Assembly (NCBI GenBank): GCA_964016885.1 | Contig: CAXHJY010000644.1 | Span: 1 to 64,000 of the forward strand | DNA: 64,000 nt | Reading direction: 5' to 3' | Source of the DNA: Eledone cirrhosa | Lineage: Eukaryota | Shown: positions 48,961 to 61,300 of the stretch, in pieces | Position numbering within the stretch: the first letter of the stretch is position 1 | How the letters are laid out: each line of letters begins with the position of its first letter | The notes under the pieces: generated by a model | The model's database searches: none | Seen by the model: the letters and a program-made list of their open reading frames with translations, nothing else | What the model was told of the DNA's origin: nothing | Translations under genes and position numbers: made by a program

Positions 48961-51900
48961 TATATATATGTGAATATAGACATAGAATATTCGAAAATAT
49001 TCTGTATGTTTATAATAAACATTTTGAAGACCTAATCGCTATAGAATAGAATACGTCACGTATTACAATTAGATTCTCGATAAAAGCAAGGGAAGTAATC
49101 TACGCGTTTCATTCTTGTTAGAAATCATCAGGACTACATATCCAGTGCTTTTATCGAGAATGACACAGCTAGAGACTTATAGAATACTTAGCTGTGTACA
49201 GGAACTGGTTTGAAAGAGCGGTTGCCGGTCCGGCAGAAATTAGAAATTGGAATAAATGCTCTGAAATAGCGATATATATGTGAATATAGACATAGAATAT
49301 TCGAAAATATTCTGTATGTTTATAATAAACATTTTGAAGACCTAATCGCTATAGAATAGAATACGTCACGTATTACAATTAGATTCTCGATAAAAGCAAG
49401 GGAAGTAATCTACGCGTTTCATTCTTGTTAGAAATCATCAGGACTACATATCCAGTGCTTTTATCGAGAATGACACAGCTAGAGACTTATAGAATACTTA
49501 GCTGTGTACAGGAACTGGTTTGAAAGAGCGGTTGCCGGTCCGGCAGAAATTAGAAATTGGAATAAATGCTCTGAAATAGCGATATATATGTGAATATAGA
49601 CATAGAATATTCGAAAATATTCTGTATGTTTATAATAAACATTTTGAAGACCTAATCGCTATAGAATAGAATACGTCACGTATTACAATTAGATTCTCGA
49701 TAAAAGCAAGGGAAGTAATCTACGCGTTTCATTCTTGTTAGAAATCATCAGGACTACATATCCAGTGCTTTTATCGAGAATGACACAGCTAGAGACTTAT
49801 AGAATACTTAGCTGTGTACAGGAACTGGTTTGAAAGAGCGGTTGCCGGTCCGGCAGAAATTAGAAATTGGAATAAATGCTCTGAAATAGCGATATATATG
49901 TGAATATAGACATAGAATATTCGAAAATATTCTGTATGTTTATAATAAACATTTTGAAGACCTAATCGCTATAGAATAGAATACGTCACGTATTACAATT
50001 AGATTCTCGATAAAAGCAAGGGAAGTAATCTACGCGTTTCATTCTTGTTAGAAATCATCAGGACTACATATCCAGTGCTTTTATCGAGAATGACACAGCT
50101 AGAGACTTATAGAATACTTAGCTGTGTACAGGAACTGGTTTGAAAGAGCGGTTGCCGGTCCGGCAGAAATTAGAAATTGGAATAAATGCTCTGAAATAGC
50201 GATATATATGTGAATATAGACATAGAATATTCGAAAATATTCTGTATGTTTATAATAAACATTTTGAAGACCTAATCGCTATAGAATAGAATACGTCACG
50301 TATTACAATTAGATTCTCGATAAAAGCAAGGGAAGTAATCTACGCGTTTCATTCTTGTTAGAAATCATCAGGACTACATATCCAGTGCTTTTATCGAGAA
50401 TGACACAGCTAGAGACTTATAGAATACTTAGCTGTGTACAGGAACTGGTTTGAAAGAGCGGTTGCCGGTCCGGCAGAAATTAGAAATTGGAATAAATGCT
50501 CTGAAATAGCGATATATATGTGAATATAGACATAGAATATTCGAAAATATTCTGTATGTTTATAATAAACATTTTGAAGACCTAATCGCTATAGAATAGA
50601 ATACGTCACGTATTACAATTAGATTCTCGATAAAAGCAAGGGAAGTAATCTACGCGTTTCATTCTTGTTAGAAATCATCAGGACTACATATCCAGTGCTT
50701 TTATCGAGAATGACACAGCTAGAGACTTATAGAATACTTAGCTGTGTACAGGAACTGGTTTGAAAGAGCGGTTGCCGGTCCGGCAGAAATTAGAAATTGG
50801 AATAAATGCTCTGAAATAGCGATATATATGTGAATATAGACATAGAATATTCGAAAATATTCTGTATGTTTATAATAAACATTTTGAAGACCTAATCGCT
50901 ATAGAATAGAATACGTCACGTATTACAATTAGATTCTCGATAAAAGCAAGGGAAGTAATCTACGCGTTTCATTCTTGTTAGAAATCATCAGGACTACATA
51001 TCCAGTGCTTTTATCGAGAATGACACAGCTAGAGACTTATAGAATACTTAGCTGTGTACAGGAACTGGTTTGAAAGAGCGGTTGCCGGTCCGGCAGAAAT
51101 TAGAAATTGGAATAAATGCTCTGAAATAGCGATATATATGTGAATATAGACATAGAATATTCGAAAATATTCTGTATGTTTATAATAAGCATTTTGAAGA
51201 CCTAATCGCTATAGAATAGAATACGTCACGTATTACAATTAGATTCTCGATAAAAGCAAGGGAAGTAATCTACGCGTTTCATTCTTGTTAGAAATCATCA
51301 GGACTACATATCCAGTGCTTTTATCGAGAATGACACAGCTAGAGACTTATAGAATACTTAGCTGTGTACAGGAACTGGTTTGAAAGAGCGGTTGCCGGTC
51401 CGGCAGAAATTAGAAATTGGAATAAATGCTCTGAAATAGCGATATATATGTGAATATAGACATAGAATATTCGAAAATATTCTGTATGTTTATAATAAGC
51501 ATTTTGAAGACCTAATCGCTATAGAATAGAATACGTCACGTATTACAATTAGATTCTCGATAAAAGCAAGGGAAGTAATCTACGCGTTTCATTCTTGTTA
51601 GAAATCATCAGGACTACATATCCAGTGCTTTTATCGAGAATGACACAGCTAGAGACTTATAGAATACTTAGCTGTGTACAGGAACTGGTTTGAAAGAGCG
51701 GTTGCCGGTCCGGCAGAAATTAGAAATTGGAATAAATGCTCTGAAATAGCGATATATATGTGAATATAGACATAGAATATTCGAAAATATTCTGTATGTT
51801 TATAATAAACATTTTGAAGACCTAATCGCTATAGAATAGAATACGTCACGTATTACAATTAGATTCTCGATAAAAGCAAGGGAAGTAATCTACGCGTTTC

Positions 51901-52913
51901 ATTCTTGTTAGAAATCATCAGGACTACATATCCAGTGCTTTTATCGAGAATGACACAGCTAGAGACTTATAGAATACTTAGCTGTGTACAGGAACTGGTT
52001 TGAAAGAGCGGTTGCCGGTCCGGCAGAAATTAGAAATTGGAATAAATGCTCTGAAATAGCGATATATATGTGAATATAGACATAGAATATTCGAAAATAT
52101 TCTGTATGTTTATAATAAACATTTTGAAGACCTAATCGCTATAGAATAGAATACGTCACGTATTACAATTAGATTCTCGATAAAAGCAAGGGAAGTAATC
52201 TACGCGTTTCATTCTTGTTAGAAATCATCAGGACTACATATCCAGTGCTTTTATCGAGAATGACACAGCTAGAGACTTATAGAATACTTAGCTGTGTACA
52301 GGAACTGGTTTGAAAGAGCGGTTGCCGGTCCGGCAGAAATTAGAAATTGGAATAAATGCTCTGAAATAGCGATATATATGTGAATATAGACATAGAATAT
52401 TCGAAAATATTCTGTATGTTTATAATAAACATTTTGAAGACCTAATCGCTATAGAATAGAATACGTCACGTATTACAATTAGATTCTCGATAAAAGCAAG
52501 GGAAGTAATCTACGCGTTTCATTCTTGTTAGAAATCATCAGGACTACATATCCAGTGCTTTTATCGAGAATGACACAGCTAGAGACTTATAGAATACTTA
52601 GCTGTGTACAGGAACTGGTTTGAAAGAGCGGTTGCCGGTCCGGCAGAAATTAGAAATTGGAATAAATGCTCTGAAATAGCGATATATATGTGAATATAGA
52701 CATAGAATATTCGAAAATATTCTGTATGTTTATAATAAACATTTTGAAGACCTAATCGCTATAGAATAGAATACGTCACGTATTACAATTAGATTCTCGA
52801 TAAAAGCAAGGGAAATAATCTACGCGTTTCATTCTTGTTAGAAATCATCAGGACTACATATCCAGTGCTTTTATCGAGAATGACACAGCTAGAGACTTAT
52901 AGAATACTTAGCT
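48961..52913 (-). repeat. Tandem array of 310-bp hammerhead-containing units (12 full + 1 partial); non-LTR retrozyme-like
   Basis: Units start at 48961+310k and are essentially identical. There is no ORF, and each unit has one hammerhead on the minus strand. Confidence 0.95.
49095..49137 (-). ncRNA. Canonical minimal type I hammerhead ribozyme (repeated every 310 bp, 13 copies)
   Basis: Minus strand reads gtagtc-CTGATGA-tttct aaca agaat-GAAA-cgcg-TA-gattac, extended by a 16-bp helix attctcgataaaagca/tgcttttatcgagaat. Confidence 0.92.
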
Positions 52914-53101
52914 TATACATATATATATACACATACATATATATATACACATACATATATATATATATACATACATATATATATACATACATATATATAT
53001 ATACATACATATATATATATATACATACATATATATATACATACATATATATATACATATATATATATATACATACATATATACATACATATATATATAT
53101 A

Positions 53102-53137
<36 letters not shown>

Positions 53138-53152
53138 TACATATATATATAT

Positions 53153-53185
<33 letters not shown>

Positions 53186-53258
53186 CATACATATATACAT
53201 ATATATATATATACATACATATATATATATACAGACATATATATATATATACACATAC

Positions 53259-53295
<37 letters not shown>

Positions 53296-53307
53296 CATAT
53301 ATATATA

Positions 53308-53363
<56 letters not shown>

Positions 53364-53404
53364 CATACACACATATATATATACACATATATATATATAT
53401 ATAT

Positions 53405-53515
<111 letters not shown>

Positions 53516-53594
53516 CACATATATATATATACACATATATATATATACACATATATATATATATATACACATACATATATATATATACACATAC

Positions 53595-53629
<35 letters not shown>

Positions 53630-53764
53630 CATACATATATATATATATACTTACATATATATATATATACTTACATATATATATACATACATATATATAT
53701 ATACACACATACATATATATATATACATATATATATACATACATATATATATATATACATACAC

Positions 53765-53807
<43 letters not shown>

Positions 53808-53812
53808 TATAT

Positions 53813-54001
53813 AACGAAGGAAATGTGGTAAGGAACCAAGTGGACCATAACGCACCAAAGTACTCAATACTTGGGGTAGTAGAGTGGGTAATAGGGACCA
53901 GTAAAACCCCACAGCTGAGCTCAAGCCGTTTCGACGGCTTATTCCAGAATAAGCCGTCGAAACGGCTTGAGCTCAGCTGTCGGGGTCTTACTGGTTCCTA
54001 T
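53813..54001 (-). repeat. Second fold-back palindrome element
   Basis: Inverted homologue of 26008-26205, with arms at about 53891-53944 and 53947-54001. Confidence 0.88.
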
Positions 54002-54103
54002 ATATATATATATATATATATACATACATACATATACATACATACATATACATACATATATATACATACATATACATACATATATATACATACATATACA
54101 TAC

Positions 54104-54136
<33 letters not shown>

Positions 54137-54328
54137 CATATACATACATATATATATATATATACATACATATATACATATACATACATATATATATATA
54201 CATACGTATATATATATACATACGTATATATATATACATACGTATATATACATACATATATATACATACGTATATATACATACATATATATATATACATA
54301 CATATATATATATATACATATATACATA

Positions 54329-57300
54329 TGATGGCTGCCCCCTCGTTATCGAGTATGGCCATTGCACGAGGAAAAATAAAAAAATAAAAAAATAATAATA
54401 ATAATAATGATAATAATAAATAAATAAAAAGAAAAAAAAAAAAAAGAAATATATATATATACATATACATACACATATACACACACACACAGACACATAT
54501 ACACACACACACATTAATAACAATAATAATAATAATAATAATAACAACAATAATAATAACGACAACAACAATAATAATATACATATACAAATATATAGAC
54601 ACACACACGCACACACATAAGCATATCTACACACACACACACACACACACATAAGCATATCTACACACACACACACGATAGCAACTAACAGCGCTGCGAT
54701 CGAATGTGGCTTTTTAGCCCAGCCAATGATCTAAAATGTCTTGCACAGAGTCGGCAACCAAAACATTCACTGGGAATAGTCGGTTGTGGTTGGAGTTCGT
54801 GTACTTTTGTATGTCGCTTGAGCCCTCCTGCTGATTTACATTCTCTACCACATGTTTGTCAAGCATGATGAGTAGCATCTCCAACAGCAGCCTGGTAGTC
54901 AACCACTGGTCTTACTTTATGACTGCGAAGATGACTTTCGAGTCCAGCTTTGCTTAGGCAGAGTCTCGCACATACGTTGCATGTCAGCACCATAGGAGGA
55001 CCCTCGCCGGCTGGAAGTGCAACAGCAATGCCCTTCCCCACATCCCGCTTTACTTTCTCGTATGCGATTCGAGATGCCTCAAAGGCAACTTTTCCCTCAT
55101 ATACAATCTTTCTCCATTTATTACGATCAGCAGCAATATTCTCCCATGTATCAGCAGAGATGTTAGCGTCTTTCAGAGAGGTTTTCAAGGAATCCTTATA
55201 CCTCTTTTTTGGTTTATGTGGCGGTCGTTTTCCTTTAACCAACTCTCCATAAAAGAGTTGTTTTGGTATTCTAGAATCCTTCATCCTGGCAAGGTGACCA
55301 CTCCAACGGAGTCGTTGCTTAAGCACAAGAGCTTCTATGCTGTCACACATAGAACTTTCCAAAATCTCGACATCACTGATGTGGTCACTCCAGTGAACGC
55401 CATGGATCCGTCTGAGACACATCTGATGGAAACGCTCCAATTGCTTAAGGTGGTGTCGATATGTGACCCAGGTCTCGCAGGCATAAAGAAGACAAGAGAG
55501 CACACATGCCCTGTACACCTTTACCTTTGTCCTCCTGCATATGTCTCGCCGACCCCAGAGTCGCCTTTCTAGCTTTCCGAAAGCATCACTTGCTTTCCTA
55601 ATCCTAAGTGAGATTTCACTGTCAAGGTTGCTGTATCGATTGACAGTGCTTCCCAGGTAGACAAACTGATCAACCACTCCAAGTCGTTTGCCATACACAT
55701 AGATGTTTGGTTCAGTGTACTGCTTACCAGGGGCAGGTTGGTACATGACGGTTTTCTTGAGACTGACAGTCAGACCCAGGGCAGTGCAAGCGTCAGAAAA
55801 TGCATTCAAAATGTGCTGCATATCACTCTCTGTGTGCGCTACAAGATCGCAATCATCTGCATACAAGAGGTCTCTTATGATTGATGTAAATACTTTTGTC
55901 TTCGCAGCAAAGCGCCTGATGTTAAATATGCTGCCTGAGGTTCGATATCGGATGTAAACACCATGCTCGCAATTCCTGAATGCAATACAGAAAACCAATG
56001 CAAAGTATATGGCAAACAGGGTCGGTGCTGGAATATCCCCGTTTCACTCCATTTTTTACTGAGATAGGCTCCGACATGTTACCCCCGACATTAACCCAAG
56101 CCTTCATGTCGTCATGGAAAGACTTAACTAAAGCAAGGAACTTATCAGGGCAACCAAGTTTCTGGAGAACCTTCCATAATGCATCTCTGTTAACAGTATC
56201 GAAAGCTTTTGTCAGATCGACAAAAACCTGATACAGATCCAAGCCTTGTTCCATGCACTTCTCCTGGAGCTGTCTAGCTGAGAAGATCATATCAGTAGTG
56301 CCGCGTCCAGCACGAAAACCAGATTGACTTTCAGGAAGAACACAATCTGCAATGTGTGTCAGCAGACGGTCCAGAAGCACCCTACATAAAACTTTCCCTA
56401 CGACAGAAAGCAATGATATACCTCTGTAGTTCCCACAATCGTTCCTGTTACCCTTTCCCTTGTACAAGACCACCATTACTGCATCTCTCCAGTCCTCAGG
56501 TACGGATTCATTAGCCCATATCCTGCCAAACAAAGAGTGAAGATGTTGCAGGAGTATCTCACCACCATATTGTAGGAGCTCAGCATGTATGCCATCCATA
56601 CTTGGAGATCTTCCACTGTTCAGCTTCGAAATAGCCACTGCAACCTCCACAAGCGTCGGAGGTTCTGCGAGAGCTACTTTCACAGGATTTTCTGGAATGA
56701 GATTGAGGAAATCTTCACTGACGACAGACGGCTGATTCAAAAGATCATCAAAGTGCTCTCGCCACCTTCGTAGAATTCCTTGTGAGTCACGAAGAAGTTC
56801 TTTGCCATCCTTGCTGCGAAGCGGTGTCACCAGAGAAGAAGACGGTCCATAAACATCACGCAAGAGACTGTACAACAGCTTTGTGTTATTGGAATCAGAC
56901 GCAGTTTGTATCTCACCAGCCTTCTCACTCCACCACTGATCCTTCATCTGAGAAAGACTCCGCCTAACACGTGATTTTACATCCCTGAGCTCCTCATGCA
57001 ACGTATTCCTCTCCTGTGGTTTTGCCGTCAAGTAGCGTGACAGAGCACGCCTCTTATCAGCCAACAAGTCTTCTATATGTACGTCATTCTCATCAAACCA
57101 GTCCTGATGTTTCCTCTGCGCCAATCCCAGAACACGCCTGCCTACATCATAAACCGACTTTTTAAGGGTCGGCCAATCCTCACCAAGATCTGCAGCCTGC
57201 ATCTCTTCTTCCAATGTCCTCTTCACATTTTTATCCTTAAGACGAGCAGCATTCAATCTTTTGGGCAGGGCAACACCAGGAGCCCGGATTTTACGTTTAG

Positions 57301-58150
57301 TGATTAGTTTCACTTTTGCGCGTACCAGGCGGTGGTCCGTCCAGCACTCAGCTCCACGAAGAACACGAACACACTGCACATCCTGTCTGTCACGCATCCT
57401 GACTAGGACGTAGTCCAAAAGATGCCATTCCTTCGATGCAGGATGCATCCATGTGGTCTTGAATTTGTTCTTTTGTTGGAACATGGTGTTGGTAACACAC
57501 AGATCCAACTCCTCACACATCTGCAGCAGGAGCATACCATTGCTGTTACACTTTCCCACCCCATGCCTTCCGATTACATTCCATGTGTTAAAATCCCTAC
57601 CCAATCTAGCATTAAAGTCACCAAGCACGATGACTTTGTCTGCCTGAGGGATATTTCTTAAAAAACCTTTCAAGGCATGGTAAAAGGACACCTTTTCCTC
57701 ATCGACAGAACTCATAGTTGGAGCATACACACTCACCAGGGTAGCATATCTTCCCTTGTCCAGCGGAACTCTCATGGACATAAGACGCTCACTAATCCCT
57801 ACTGGGAATTCTTCTAATTTGTTCACAAGCACAGGCTTAACAGCAAATCCTACCCCAGCCTCTCTTCTGGTTCCTTCATCTCTTCCTTTCCAGAAGAATG
57901 TATATTCTCCACAAAATTCCGTAAGATGACCATCTCCAGCTAGCCTCGTCTCAGATAAAGCCACGATGTCAAGATCGTAACGTCGAAGCTCTTTTGCAAC
58001 AAGAGCGGTCCTTCGTTCAGGACGCCCCAAGGAATCTCTGTCAAGCAGCGTCCGTACGTTCCAGCAGCCAAGACTAAATGCCTTGTTTGGCTCTATTACA
58101 ATGGCACGATGACGAGCGGGCCCAGGCTGTGATAACCTGGGGCCCCTGCC
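54329..58150 (-). mobile_element. RTE-clade LINE, near full length
   Basis: Single APE-RT ORF, microsatellite-rich 3' UTR and terminal hairpin tggccatactcgataacgagggggcagccatca. Confidence 0.92.
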
Positions 58151-58225
58151 CTTATTGCCAATGATATTTTTTGTTCCAGAACCTAAATTGCCAATTATCT
58201 CTTTTATATTGTTCTGGAACATCAC
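54685..58225 (-). pseudogene. RTE APE-RT ORF with three C-terminal C2H2 fingers (one frameshift at about 56040, one premature stop at 54859)
   Basis: Motifs GCWNVRTL, ALSETR, GDFNAR, TDH, FVDLTKAFDTVNR, LYADD and RLRWSGHLARM. ORF track pieces are 55922-58225 and 54859-55998. The most N-terminal 25 or so codons may not belong to the element. Confidence 0.9.
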
Positions 58226-58247
58226 TGAATTGGAAAAAAAAAAAAAG

Positions 58248-58261
58248 TAATAATAATAGTG

Positions 58262-58313
<52 letters not shown>
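58248..58313. repeat. (TAA)n microsatellite, probable target of the RLE LINE
   Basis: Direct reading; the downstream element also ends in (AAT)n. Confidence 0.9.
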
Positions 58314-61300
58314 GAAGAAGACGCACGAGGTGACGGAGGTCATGAAATCGCTCCCGTAAGTTTTGAATTTTTAACATATTTAAATCATTTGTGAAATAAC
58401 AACTCTTAGTACAAATGCTACGTAAAGCACCCGGCTTGAGCCCCAAAAAAATTCGGACCCAAAATATATTGTTATAAGGCTCAAATATTCAAATATTCAA
58501 CTTTGTATTGTACACTGTATATCCAAAAAAAAATGGCTATAAATGGAAGAAGAAGAACCCCCCCCCCTCCTCTCCTCTGGCTACACTATATAGGACAGCT
58601 AAACTCACCAACACCAGAAACTAGATACACCACCCACCCCATCATCTGTATACACTAAACACAACAGCATTTTCACCTTCACCGCCACCGCTCACTACGG
58701 CCATCATTACCACCACTATCCCATCACCGCCGCCACCACCCCCTGACTCCTTCACTGCTGCTGCCACCGCTACAGCACCATCACTACAGTAATACGGTCG
58801 CATCACCGCCACCACTGCCTCGGTATCGACATCACCACCACCACTGTCTCAGTATCGCCAACGCCGCCAGTCTCTGCTGGCTACCACTTCCACATTATAG
58901 AATTCCTACTACTAACAAAGAGGAAGGCATCAAAATATATAGATAGACTCAAAAGAAAAAAGAAAAAACAAACAACAAAAGCAGCACAGCAACAACAGTA
59001 AAAAACGAGAAAAACAGAGAAAAACAAAAACAAAAAAAGAAACCCCAAAAACGTAAAGAAAATAAGAATGAAGAGAGAAGCAGGCGGACGGACAGAGAAG
59101 AGGGGGGAAAAAGTAAAACTTAAAAAACAAAAACTAAGTCAGACATTCGAATACTACATTACAATGAAACTTATGCTTATTCATTTTTGGGGCCCTTTCT
59201 GCCCGTGTGTTTGTTTGTTTATGTGTGTCCGTATACAGCGTGGTGATAATGCCACACAAGGGCCAAGTGGGATGGCGGATCCACAGATGGCTATGTAAAC
59301 ATACATTCGCCAATCCTCGATAAGAGTGTTTAAATATCGAACATAAACAGTTCGAATAACGGTGAAATGGAGACTAGAACGTCATGTGACAGACTCTCAC
59401 CCAACAGGTGCCCCCTGGCTCAGCAGCAGAAACCTGACTGTCAACCAAATACTGCTGATGTTGGAGGAAGAAGAAGAAGGAAAGGGGCCAGAACCAACTG
59501 GACGAAAGAATTGAATAGAACTGTTATGCAATGCTACCTGAAAAGTAACCCCAAGGAGAGGGGCTACAGGAGACGGATGCATAACATCTGGAACGAGATT
59601 GGTTTATTTAAATTAGATGAACAAAAATTGGCCGGGCAGGCTCGGGTAATAAGAACTAATGGGTGGATAAGCGAGCTGGAACTGGAGGAACTGAGCAGAG
59701 AGAATGGCTTGGAGATGGCGGGTGTAGTATGCCAGACAAGCGAGCCGGCGGGAAATGAAGGTGAGGAGGTCCTGAGAATGGAGGAACCACCCGAAGCAGA
59801 CAATGATCTGAATACTGAGATAAATAATACCTGGAACAGAGATACGGCCACTGAGGAGATGAATGCTGACGGGCTAGGACAAGATTCGGTTGACATCCTA
59901 AATTTAGTGGTAGATGAGTTGAACAATGATAGTGGTAGACCTATGAACCTAAGATTTGTAGACAGGAAAAAGTTAAAAGAAACAACAGCTAAGGTAAACA
60001 AAGTCATCCCATACCTTGAGGCGAGGAGTCTTCACCAGTGCAACAATATCCTCAAAGCAACAGCAAATACGGTGAGGAAACTACTTGGTATAAAAGCGAG
60101 AGGAAACAACAGACAAGAAAGAGCAGAGCCGTGGTGGAAGAAGCGACTGAGTGGGCAAATCGGGGAAATGAGAAATGACATAGGAAAGCTTGAGTCACTA
60201 CTGAATGGGACACTAAAAAACATAGGCACTAAAAATAGACTGGAAATAAAATACAAAACTAGGAGTAAAAAGCTAAATATTATCATAGAGGAATTGAAGC
60301 AACGCATTGTAGCAAAGAGTGCCAAAATCAGGCGATACGAGAACAGAGTCAGTCAGTATAAACAGAACCGCATGTTCGACAACAACCAGAAGATGCTGTT
60401 TGGACAGCTTGAGGGGAAAGAAAGAGGCAACGACTTGATCCCTGGGGCGGAACAAGCTAAAACATTCTGGAGAGGAATATGGGAGCAGGATGTTAGACAC
60501 AATGCCCAGGCAGGGTGGATTGAGACAGTACAGAGGGAGATCGGTGAGCAGGCACAGCAACAGACTGATTTGAGTATCACAGTTGAAACTCTTAAGGGGC
60601 AAGCCAAAAAACTAACCAACTGGAAATCACCAGGCCCAGATGGTGTGCAGGGGTATTGGATTAAACATTTAACATCCCTCCACCCGAAGCTGACGGCCAT
60701 GTTCAATGACTGCTTGGTGTCGGGTGAGGTGCCAGAGTGGTTGACAAAAGGTACCACAGTTCTGATAATGAAAGACCGAATCAAGGGTAATGATGTTACC
60801 AACTATAGACCTATCACATGTCTGCCCGTAATGTGGAAACTGTTGACGAGCATTGTGTCTGAGGAAATCTACCATCACCTCCACACAAACAACTTGTTGC
60901 CGGACGAACAGAAAGGATGCCGAAAGAAGTCACGTGGTACAAAGGACCAGTTGCTTATTGATAAGATGGTAATGGGGAATTGCAGGAGGAGACACACTGA
61001 TCTTGCCATGGGATGGATAGACTACAGAAAGGCATTTGACATGGTGCCTCATTCCTGGATCACCAAAAGCCTGGAGATCTTCAGGGTGGCAGATAACATC
61101 AGACAGTTGCTGGGCAGGAGTATGGGGTCCTGGGAGACAGAGTTGACATCAACTGGAGTATCCTTGGGAAGCGTGAAGATCAAGAGAGGTATCTTCCAGG
61201 GAGATAGCCTGTCCCCTCTGTTGTTTGTCCTTGCCCTGATGCCCTTGACCATTATGCTGCGAAAAGTGAGAGCAGGATACAAGTTGGGAAGGGGAGAGCT

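Noticed and set aside
48961-49270. Second, plus-strand ribozyme in the 310-bp unit (ambisense viroid-like)
   Set aside because: Only ctgaaat and ttgaaga partial matches were found, and no compatible stems could be built by eye.
48961-52913. CRISPR array, 5S rDNA or spliced-leader cluster interpretation of the 310-bp repeat
   Set aside because: There are no variable spacers or cas genes and no 5S, tRNA or snRNA motifs were recognised. The hammerhead explains the unit.
59185-59300. HDV-like ribozyme upstream of the RLE ORF
   Set aside because: Only local hairpins (gtgg..ccac) and a ggcg(g/a)at motif were seen; the nested pseudoknot was not demonstrable.
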